Below are positions 53,104 through 64,000 of a DNA stretch of 64,000 nucleotides, one piece after another. How positions within the stretch are numbered: position 1 is the stretch's first letter; every line of letters starts with the position of its first letter. The stretch comes from Candidatus Pelagibacter sp. (lineage in GTDB: Bacteria; Pseudomonadota; Alphaproteobacteria; Pelagibacterales; Pelagibacteraceae): the NCBI GenBank assembly GCA_045566175.1, contig JBJLDX010000020.1:5892-69891 (forward strand), read 5' to 3'. The notes under the pieces are model-generated. The model was given only the letters and a program-made list of their open reading frames with translations, ran no database searches and was not told the DNA's origin. The position numbers were made by a program, and so were the translations under genes.

Positions 53104-54435
53104 ATGTCAAAAAAATATTTTGGTACTGATGGAATAAGAGGTAGAGTTAATCAAACTAAAATTAATGGTGAAATGTTTTTTAAATTTGGTTTGGCAGCAG
53201 GAACATATTTTAAAAATCAAAAAAAAATAAAACAAACTGCTATAATTGCAAAAGATACTAGGTTATCAGGGTATACTTTGGAACCTGCATTAGTGTCAGG
53301 ATTAACTTCAGCAGGAATGCATGTCTACACACTTGGTCCTTTGCCTACTAATGGTCTAGCAATGCTTACAAAAAAGATGAAAGCCAATATGGGAATTATG
53401 ATTACAGCGTCTCATAATCCATTTTATGACAATGGTTTAAAATTGTTTGGACCAGATGGATTAAAATTGTCAGATAAAATTGAAAAAAAGATAGAAAAAT
53501 TAATAGACTTTAAAATTGTAAAAAATCTCTCAGAACCGAAAATCTTAGGTAGAGTAAAAAGATTAGAAGATGCTAATGATAAATACATCAAAATTTTGAA
53601 AAATAATTTCCCAAAAAATTTTAGACTAAAAGGTATGAAGATAGCTATGGATTGTGCTAATGGAGCTGGTTATAAATCTGGTCCAAAACTCTTGAGAGGC
53701 CTTGGGGCCAAAGTTTATGAATTTGGAACTTCTCCAAATGGTTTTAATATTAATAATAATTGTGGATCAACTTTTCCAAAAAAAATAAAAATGTTAGTTA
53801 AAAAACACAATGCTCACATAGGCATATCTTTAGATGGTGATGCTGACAGAATAATAATTTCTGATGAAAAAGGCAATATTATTGATGGAGATCAAATTAT
53901 TGCAATGTTAGCCAAAAGATGGAAGAGAAAAAAAATTTTAAGAGGAGGCGTAATCGGTACTTTAATGTCAAATTATGGATTACAGAATTATTTTAAAAAT
54001 TTAGGTATTAAATTTTTAAGAACTGACGTTGGAGATAGATACGTTAAAGAAAAAATGCAAAAAGAAAATTTTAATTTAGGAGGCGAACAATCAGGACATA
54101 TTATTCTTGGTAAATTTGCAACGACAGGAGATGGATTGTTAGTTGCATTAGAAGTTTTATTTTCAATGAGAAAAGGTAAAAAAGCTAGTGAATTATTTAA
54201 TACATTTAAAAGAACTCCCCAGATTTTAGAAAATGTTGATGTAAAAGATAAATTAATTATAAATTCAAAAAAATGCAGAATTGCAATCAAGAAATCAAAG
54301 AAATTGATAAAAAATCATGGCAGGATGTTAGTAAGAAAATCAGGAACAGAACCTAAAATTAGAATTATGGGAGAGTCTAATGATATTGCATTATTAAAAA
54401 GGTGTGTAAATATTGTTAAAAGATCTATTAATTAA
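53104..54435 (+). CDS. glmM: Phosphoglucosamine mutase
   Basis: FGTDGIRG, ITASHNP, DGDADR, GGEQSGH. Confidence 0.95.
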   Translation: MSKKYFGTDGIRGRVNQTKINGEMFFKFGLAAGTYFKNQKKIKQTAIIAKDTRLSGYTLEPALVSGLTSAGMHVYTLGPLPTNGLAMLTKKMKANMGIMITASHNPFYDNGLKLFGPDGLKLSDKIEKKIEKLIDFKIVKNLSEPKILGRVKRLEDANDKYIKILKNNFPKNFRLKGMKIAMDCANGAGYKSGPKLLRGLGAKVYEFGTSPNGFNINNNCGSTFPKKIKMLVKKHNAHIGISLDGDADRIIISDEKGNIIDGDQIIAMLAKRWKRKKILRGGVIGTLMSNYGLQNYFKNLGIKFLRTDVGDRYVKEKMQKENFNLGGEQSGHIILGKFATTGDGLLVALEVLFSMRKGKKASELFNTFKRTPQILENVDVKDKLIINSKKCRIAIKKSKKLIKNHGRMLVRKSGTEPKIRIMGESNDIALLKRCVNIVKRSIN

Positions 54436-54436
54436 A

Positions 54437-57431
<2,995 letters not shown>

Positions 57432-57471
57432 AATCAGTTTATCTAATTAATATTTATTATTTTTCAATATT

Positions 57472-58452
57472 TTATTTTATTGTATTTCTTAGCATTTTTA
57501 AAATTATTTCAAGCTCATGTGGCAAAATTGAGTTAAATATCATTTCTTTATTTTTCTTTGGATGAATAAATCCAATAGTTTTTGCATGAAGAAATTGTCG
57601 ATTTAGGTTTAAAATTTTTTTCTCTAACAAAGGATCTATATCTTTTATTTTTTTAAATTTCTTTTTGTATTTATCATCACCAACTATGTTATTACCTAAG
57701 TGTTTCATATGTACTCTTATCTGATGAGTTCTGCCAGTTTCTAAATTACATTCTAACAAACTTAGTGTTGGAGTTTTTTTATTCTCAAAGACTTCTATTG
57801 TTTTATAATTTGTAACAGCTTTTTTTCCTTTTATATTACTTACTTCCATCATTTGTCTATTTTTAGTACTTCTGGTTATTAAAGTTTCGATCCTTCCTTT
57901 TGAGGGTCTTACTTTACCCCAAATTAATAATTGATATATTCTTATTATTGAATGATTGCTAAATTGAGCTGAAAGACTCTCATGTGTTTGATTATTTTTT
58001 GCAACAACAACTAGTCCGGAGGTATTTTTATCTATTCTGTGAACTATTCCAGGTCTGAGTTCATCACCAATATTTGATAAAGAATTTTTATCATATTTAA
58101 TTAATGCATTTACAATAGTATTATTAAAATTACCTGCACCAGGATGCATTATAATTCCTGCAGGTTTATTTAAAACAATTAAATCATCATCTTCAAAAAC
58201 AATATCTAACTTAAAGTCATAGGGTTTCAGAGAAGCTTTTTTAGGTTCAGGAATAGTAAGCTCTAGAATATCTTCAGTACAGATTTTTTTTGATGGGTCG
58301 TCAATTGTCTTATTATTTATCTTTAATTTTTTATTTAAAATTAAATTTTTGACTCTGGTTCTGCTGATATCAACTTCTTTTTTATTGATAAAAACATCAA
58401 CACGAAGGTTTTTATCCTTATCTTTAACAATCAAATTTATTTTTTTTTCCAT
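57472..58452 (-). CDS. rluD: 23S rRNA pseudouridine synthase (RluD/RluA family)
   Basis: S4 domain, NKPAG, HRIDKNTSG, ETGRTHQIRVH. Confidence 0.9.
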   Translation of the reverse strand: MEKKINLIVKDKDKNLRVDVFINKKEVDISRTRVKNLILNKKLKINNKTIDDPSKKICTEDILELTIPEPKKASLKPYDFKLDIVFEDDDLIVLNKPAGIIMHPGAGNFNNTIVNALIKYDKNSLSNIGDELRPGIVHRIDKNTSGLVVVAKNNQTHESLSAQFSNHSIIRIYQLLIWGKVRPSKGRIETLITRSTKNRQMMEVSNIKGKKAVTNYKTIEVFENKKTPTLSLLECNLETGRTHQIRVHMKHLGNNIVGDDKYKKKFKKIKDIDPLLEKKILNLNRQFLHAKTIGFIHPKKNKEMIFNSILPHELEIILKMLRNTIK

Positions 58453-58475
58453 AAAATGTTATATTAATATTATAT

Positions 58476-58552
58476 GCGCTTGTAGCTCAACTGGATAGAG
58501 CGCCTGACTTCGGATCAGGAGGTTCTGGGTTCGACTCCTAGCAGGCGCACCA
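58476..58552 (+). tRNA. tRNA-Arg (anticodon TCG)
   Basis: GCGCTTGTAGCTCAACTGGATAGAGCG-CCTGA CTTCGGA TCAGG-...GGTTCGACTCC...GCGCACCA. Confidence 0.93.
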
Positions 58553-59344
58553 TCATTCTCCCATATTTATCAAAGTTCCTTTAATACGTGCTTTTAAAAA
58601 AGAAAAATAGAATAAATAAATTCCAAGAATTAAATAAATAAGGTTTAAAAAGTAAGCAAATTTTAAATTTTCATAGTCAACCGAGCCATTTAATAAAATG
58701 TTTCTCGTTTCATCAAAAATATAAACTAAGGGTAAACCTTTAGCTATTATTTGAAAAAAATTGGGAAGAATTTCTATTGGATAATATATGCAACCTAAAG
58801 GAGCTAATAAAAAAAGAGATGACCAAGCAATGTTTTCAAAAGAGGGACCAAATCTAATTAATCCAGCACTTACAAATAAACCTAATGTAATTCCAAAAAC
58901 ATATAAACTTAAAAACAATAGAAACAGGGGGTAACCTAATTCTAAAATCGAAACACCAAACAATGGTGCAGTTAAAATTATTGCTGGTACTAATCCAATT
59001 AATGTTCTTATTAAAGCCGTAAATATAAGAGCAACAATTATTTCCTTGAGCTTTAATGGAGCTATAAATAAATTTGTAAAATTTCTACTCCATATCTCCT
59101 CTAAAAATAACATATTAAAACTTATACTTGATCTAAAAAGAATATCGTAAAGAATTGCACATGTTAGAATTACTCCAAGAGTGTTACTATAATAATCACT
59201 GTAGATTGAAAAAAACTTTGAAATAAAGCCCCAAAGAATTATTTGTATTGTGGGCCAATAAATAAGGTCTAAGATTCTTGGCAAAGAACTTTTAATTAAA
59301 AAAAAGTGCCTTAAAAATAGGCCATACATTTTATTAAAGTTCAT
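58553..59344 (-). CDS. ABC-2 type exporter permease
   Basis: About 6 TM segments; YYPIEILP..Q.I...LP motif. Confidence 0.85.
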   Translation of the reverse strand: MNFNKMYGLFLRHFFLIKSSLPRILDLIYWPTIQIILWGFISKFFSIYSDYYSNTLGVILTCAILYDILFRSSISFNMLFLEEIWSRNFTNLFIAPLKLKEIIVALIFTALIRTLIGLVPAIILTAPLFGVSILELGYPLFLLFLSLYVFGITLGLFVSAGLIRFGPSFENIAWSSLFLLAPLGCIYYPIEILPNFFQIIAKGLPLVYIFDETRNILLNGSVDYENLKFAYFLNLIYLILGIYLFYFSFLKARIKGTLINMGE

Positions 59345-60071
59345 ATTTATCTCTCGTAAGTTTTAAAAAAACTTCTTCTAAGTTTTTTCTTCCATGTTTT
59401 TTTATTAATTCTTTAGGACTGTCTTGATCAATTATAACACCATTTTTCATCATAAGAACTGATGAGCATAATCTTTCTACTTCAGTCATGTTGTGTGAGG
59501 CAAGTAAAATTGAGGCCCCCTTTTCTTTTTGATAATTCTCTAAAAAACTTCTCACAAAGTCACCAGTTTCAGGATCAAGAGATGCAGTTGGTTCATCTAG
59601 AAGTAATATTGTTGGATCATTAATAATTGATTTAGCAAGACTTACTCTATTTTTTTGACCTGAGGAAAGTTCACCAGTAATTTTATTTATAATGTCATTA
59701 AGCCTAAGTTTTTCTACAAGATAATCAATTTTTGAGGTAAGATTTTTTACATCGTAAAGTCTGCCATATACTTCTAGATTTTGTTTAACCGTCAACTTTT
59801 TTGGTAACTCTATATAGGGAGAGATAAAATTTAAATTATTTAATAAATCAACTCTTTTAGTTTCAATTTCAAAACCATTTATTAATACTTTACCTTTTGA
59901 TGGCTTTAATAATCCTAAGATCATTCCAATAGTGGTAGTTTTTCCACAGCCGTTTGGACCTAGAATTCCAATTATTTCATTTTTATTTATTTTGAAGGAG
60001 ATATTTCTTACAGCTTCTTTGTTATTATAAACTTTTGATAATTCAATTATTTCTAAAGGAGCGTACATCAA
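59334..60071 (-). CDS. ABC exporter ATP-binding protein
   Basis: GPNGCGKTT, LSSGQ, LLDEPT. Confidence 0.9.
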   Translation of the reverse strand: MMYAPLEIIELSKVYNNKEAVRNISFKINKNEIIGILGPNGCGKTTTIGMILGLLKPSKGKVLINGFEIETKRVDLLNNLNFISPYIELPKKLTVKQNLEVYGRLYDVKNLTSKIDYLVEKLRLNDIINKITGELSSGQKNRVSLAKSIINDPTILLLDEPTASLDPETGDFVRSFLENYQKEKGASILLASHNMTEVERLCSSVLMMKNGVIIDQDSPKELIKKHGRKNLEEVFLKLTRDKYEL

Positions 60072-61000
60072 AATTTCGAGGCTCTTTTTAATCTATCATT
60101 GATAGTTTTACCTAGTCCTTTATTAGGAATTTTACTAACAGCAATAGATTTATATTTATTTTTTTTTATTTTTCTAAGAGTACTATACAAATTTTTTGCA
60201 GCTTGTTTTAAACTTCCCTTTTTTGATAAAAAATAAAAATGTGATTTGTTTTGTTTTAGTTTTTTAATTGTTAGATAAGCTTCTTTTTTATTAATTTTTT
60301 TTACATTGAGCCTTATTGGTATTCCAGGCGAGTAATGAAGTTTAAATTGACCAGGGGAAGAAATTTTTGAAGGATTATCATTTATCATAATTTTTTTATT
60401 TAAAATTTTTTCAATAGCCGAAATTTCAAGTCCCCCTAATCTTAATATTTTTGGTTTTTTTCTTACATCAATTATAGTTGATTCAAGACCAATTGATGAT
60501 TTTCCACCCTCGAGCACAAATTTAATTTTTTTTCCAAAATCATCTCTAACATCAGCAGAACTTACAGCACTTACTTTTGAAGATAGGTTGGCACTAGGGG
60601 CTGCTAAAGGAAAATTAATGTTTTTTAATAAATTTCTTGTAACAGGGTGATTAGGAAATCTAACCGCCAAAGTATTTTTTTTGTTAGTTACAATTTTTGA
60701 AATTTTTGAATTTTTTTTCAAATTCAAGATAAATGTTATGGGGCCAGGGCAAAATTTTTTATAAAGTTTAAGAAAATCATTATTGAAGTTACAATCTTTC
60801 TTTAAAATTTGATTATTCGAATAATGGACTATTAGAGGATTATTTTTAGGTCTTTTTTTAAGTTTATATATTTTTTTACACGCTATATCTGAGTATGCAT
60901 TAGCTGCCAAACCATAAACAGTTTCAGTTGGTATTGCCACACACTCACCTTTATTTAGGAGTTTTTGAGCTTTTTTAATATTTGCAAGATTAATTTTCAT
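60068..61000 (-). CDS. sua5: L-threonylcarbamoyladenylate synthase (Sua5 type)
   Basis: PTETVYGL, KKRPKNNPLIVH, APSAN, GLESTI, SPG....HYSP. Confidence 0.92.
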   Translation of the reverse strand: MKINLANIKKAQKLLNKGECVAIPTETVYGLAANAYSDIACKKIYKLKKRPKNNPLIVHYSNNQILKKDCNFNNDFLKLYKKFCPGPITFILNLKKNSKISKIVTNKKNTLAVRFPNHPVTRNLLKNINFPLAAPSANLSSKVSAVSSADVRDDFGKKIKFVLEGGKSSIGLESTIIDVRKKPKILRLGGLEISAIEKILNKKIMINDNPSKISSPGQFKLHYSPGIPIRLNVKKINKKEAYLTIKKLKQNKSHFYFLSKKGSLKQAAKNLYSTLRKIKKNKYKSIAVSKIPNKGLGKTINDRLKRASKF

Positions 61001-61020
61001 GTATTATCTGAGAGTATTAT

Positions 61021-61275
61021 ATGAAAGATAAAAATTTACCAAATGATTATAATTCCCTGTCTCTTGAGGAACTAACTAAAGAGGCCAATAAGATGATTAA
61101 AGATTTAGAAAGTCAAAAAAATTTAGAAAATTCTATAGAAAATTATCAAAATTTATTAAAACTTAATAATATCATTGAAAAAAAATTTCAAAAAGATGTC
61201 AAGAATATTAATGACAACACAAAAGAAAATATCGCAAAAATTACTTCTAAAAAAAATGCAAAAAAAATTAAATAA
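61021..61275 (+). CDS. Divergent exonuclease VII small-subunit-like protein
   Basis: SLEE...LE...LE.SI..Y pattern; xseB-ispA-dxs synteny. Confidence 0.55.
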   Translation: MKDKNLPNDYNSLSLEELTKEANKMIKDLESQKNLENSIENYQNLLKLNNIIEKKFQKDVKNINDNTKENIAKITSKKNAKKIK

Positions 61276-62128
61276 AATTGCGCAAGATACAAACTTATTC
61301 TTAAAAAAGTTTGTTAGAAGACAAAAAAAATCTGAATTAATTATCCCAATGAAATATGGTTTGTTTTCAGGAGGAAAAAAAATTAGATCAAAAATTTTAA
61401 TTGATATTGGGTCGATATTTAAAATTGATTACAAATCGTTAATTATTTTAGGTGCAGCAGTTGAGTGTATACATGCCTATTCATTAATACATGATGATTT
61501 ACCCTGTATGGATAATGATTTAGTCAGAAGAGGCAAACCATCAACACATATTAAATTTGGAGAGTCTACAGCAGTGTTAGCTGGGAACTCACTTTTAACC
61601 ATGGCTTTTGAAATTTTAAGTCATAAAGAATTAGATCTTTCTGAGAAAATAAAGATTAGTTTGATCAATAAGATTTCTGAAAGTTCAGGTCACCTCGGCA
61701 TAGCGGGAGGACAATATTTGGATTTAAGCTTTGAACATAAAAAAGTTTCAAAAAAAAGAGTTGTTGAAATGGAAATTAAAAAAACAGGTAAACTTTTTAG
61801 TTTTTGCTGTGTAGCTCCTTTAATTATTAAAAAAAAATCTAAACAAGAAATTAATCAATTCGAAAATATAGGTGCACAAATTGGATTATTATTTCAAGTA
61901 GCTGATGATTTGATTGATAATAAAGGAACTTTGATAGTTGCGGGAAAAAAAACTGGAAAAGACAAGATAAAAGGAAAGGCAACTCTAATTAGTTTACTAG
62001 GATATCAAAATACTATTAAATATGCCAATAAGTTAATTTTAAAAATAAATAATAAACTTAAAAAATATGGATCGAGATCAAAAAACATATCTGAAACATT
62101 AGAATATATTTTGAATAGAAATAAATGA
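61256..62128 (+). CDS. ispA: Farnesyl diphosphate synthase
   Basis: [30 protein letters not shown]; ATG at 61256. Confidence 0.92.
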   Translation: MQKKLNKIAQDTNLFLKKFVRRQKKSELIIPMKYGLFSGGKKIRSKILIDIGSIFKIDYKSLIILGAAVECIHAYSLIHDDLPCMDNDLVRRGKPSTHIKFGESTAVLAGNSLLTMAFEILSHKELDLSEKIKISLINKISESSGHLGIAGGQYLDLSFEHKKVSKKRVVEMEIKKTGKLFSFCCVAPLIIKKKSKQEINQFENIGAQIGLLFQVADDLIDNKGTLIVAGKKTGKDKIKGKATLISLLGYQNTIKYANKLILKINNKLKKYGSRSKNISETLEYILNRNK

Positions 62129-64000
62129 AAAAAAAATACGAATATTTAGATGAAATAAATTTCCCGTCAGATTTAAAGAAAATTCCAGAAGCAAAACTTC
62201 AAAAGGTAGCTGATGAATTAAGAGAGGAAATGATTGATGTAGTATCAGTCACAGGTGGTCATTTAGGAGCTAGCCTTGGTGTGGTCGAGTTAACAGTTGC
62301 CCTTCATTATATATTCAATACACCATATGATAAATTAATTTGGGATGTAGGTCATCAATGTTACCCTCATAAAATTTTAACAGGAAGAAAAGATAAAATT
62401 AGAACATTAAGACAGGGTGGAGGTCTTTCTGGTTTTACAAAAAGACAAGAAAGTGAATATGATCCTTTTGGTGCAGCACATAGTTCAACCTCAATCTCAT
62501 CAGCCTTAGGAATAGCTGAAGCTAATAAGCTATCAAATAAATTAGAAAATGTTGTAGCCGTTATAGGAGATGGAGCGATAAGCGCAGGTATGGCTTACGA
62601 AGCAATGAACAATGCTGGTGCATCTAAAACTAAAATGGTTGTGATTTTAAATGACAATGATATGTCAATTGCAAGACCTGTAGGTGCGATGGGCACATAT
62701 CTAGCTAAAATTTTCTCAGGTAAAATTTATTTTAGTTTGAGAGAAACCATTAAACTTATTACATCTGCATTTTCAAAAAGATTTAGTGCAAAAGCAGGTA
62801 AAGCTGAGGATTTACTTAGGTCAGCTGTCACAGGTGGAACTTTGTTTAGCTCACTGGGATTTTATTATATTGGGCCTATAGATGGACATGATCTAAATTC
62901 TTTGGTGCCAATTTTAAAAAATGCAAGAGACTCAAAACATGAGGGACCAATTTTAATCCACATCAAGACAAAAAAAGGTAAAGGCTATTCATTTGCAGAA
63001 AAAGCAAAAGATAACTATCATGGGGTTACAAAATTTAATGTTGAGACAGGTGAACAATCTAAAAGTTCAAGCAATCTTCCGTCATATACTAAAGTATTTG
63101 CCAATACTTTAGTTCAACATGCCAAAAGAGACAGTAAAATAGTTGCTATTACTGCCGCAATGCCCGATGGAACAGGCCTTGATATTTTCCGTAAAGAATT
63201 TCCAGACAGAACTTTTGATGTTGGAATCGCAGAACAACATGCAGTTACATTTGCAGCAGGTTTAGCTACTGAAAATTTCAAACCTTATGCAGCAATTTAT
63301 TCAACATTTTTACAAAGAGCATATGATCAGGTAGTTCATGATATAGCAATTCAGAGTTTACCTGTAAGATTTGCAATTGATAGAGCAGGATTAGTTGGTG
63401 CTGATGGACCAACACATGCTGGTAGTTTTGATATAACTTATTTGTCAACATTACCAAATTTTGTAGTAATGGCAGCCAGTAATGAAGCTGAACTGGTAAG
63501 AATGATTAATACCTCAACTGAAATTAATGACCGACCTTGTGCATTTAGATACCCGAGAGGAACAGGATTAGGATCAGTTCTTCCAACTATAAATGAAAAG
63601 ATTGAAATAGGTAAATCCAAAATAATTCAAGAAGGAAATAAATTGGCTATTTTAAATTTTGGTGCAAGACTTAATGAAACATTAAAAGCAGCTGAAAACC
63701 TAAAAAAAAAAGGAGTAAATTTAACAATCGTAGATGCAAGATTTGCTAAACCTTTAGATGAAAATCTAATTTGGCAATTAGCTACCACACATGAAGCAAT
63801 TATGACTATTGAAGAGGGTTCTATAGGAGGTTTTGGGTCTCATGTTGTTAATTTTTTATCGAATAAAGGTTTAATGGACTCTAATTTAAAATTTAGATCA
63901 ATGACACTTCCTGATATTTTTATTGATCAAGACACACTAGGTAATATGTATAAGGTTGCAAATTTAGACTCTAGCTCAATTGAAGAAAAAGTTTTAGATG
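62125..64000 (+). CDS. dxs: 1-deoxy-D-xylulose-5-phosphate synthase; 3'-truncated by window edge, absent from ORF track
   Basis: Manual translation: [62 protein letters not shown]. Confidence 0.95.
   Translation, partial: MKKKYEYLDEINFPSDLKKIPEAKLQKVADELREEMIDVVSVTGGHLGASLGVVELTVALHYIFNTPYDKLIWDVGHQCYPHKILTGRKDKIRTLRQGGGLSGFTKRQESEYDPFGAAHSSTSISSALGIAEANKLSNKLENVVAVIGDGAISAGMAYEAMNNAGASKTKMVVILNDNDMSIARPVGAMGTYLAKIFSGKIYFSLRETIKLITSAFSKRFSAKAGKAEDLLRSAVTGGTLFSSLGFYYIGPIDGHDLNSLVPILKNARDSKHEGPILIHIKTKKGKGYSFAEKAKDNYHGVTKFNVETGEQSKSSSNLPSYTKVFANTLVQHAKRDSKIVAITAAMPDGTGLDIFRKEFPDRTFDVGIAEQHAVTFAAGLATENFKPYAAIYSTFLQRAYDQVVHDIAIQSLPVRFAIDRAGLVGADGPTHAGSFDITYLSTLPNFVVMAASNEAELVRMINTSTEINDRPCAFRYPRGTGLGSVLPTINEKIEIGKSKIIQEGNKLAILNFGARLNETLKAAENLKKKGVNLTIVDARFAKPLDENLIWQLATTHEAIMTIEEGSIGGFGSHVVNFLSNKGLMDSNLKFRSMTLPDIFIDQDTLGNMYKVANLDSSSIEEKVLD

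Overview
Very AT-rich, densely coding alphaproteobacterial chromosome segment, most consistent with SAR11 (Ca. Pelagibacter). This call is inferred from gene order, tiny intergenic spacers and an orphan 5S rRNA bordering a glycan island. Bases 1-26.5 kb are the distal part of a cell-surface glycan island, matching the HVR2-type hypervariable region. It holds legionaminic/nonulosonic-acid genes with a WbuXYZ-like amidino-transfer trio, glycan-tailoring enzymes, an ABC flippase, glycosyltransferases, a WecA-like transferase and gmd/fcl, and it ends at a stand-alone 5S rRNA. Next come rpmJ, a cytochrome aa3 subunit IV gene and pntAAB, then a small GT-C-like/GT2/transaldolase islet beside tRNA-fMet. 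The rest is core genome: rpsU, rpmE, efp, the tkt-gap-pgk-fba operon, zapA, yebC, a RuvC-like resolvase, tol-pal, tilS, ftsH, folP, glmM, thiD, purA, rpoH, tRNA-Arg(UCG), sua5, ispA and dxs. The most notable observations are: (1) a twice-repeated divergent module of a polyprenol-P GT2 plus a polytopic GT-C-like protein; (2) a MOC1/phage-type resolvase standing alone where ruvCAB normally sits; (3) a GAPDH with NADP(H) signature residues; (4) a probable ATT start codon for rpsU; (5) a 5S rRNA with its own promoter that appears to read into mRNA genes; (6) no room for 6S RNA at the zapA-ygfA locus; (7) four +1 homopolymer frameshifts that are probably sequencing errors. No CRISPR array, IS element or integrase was seen.
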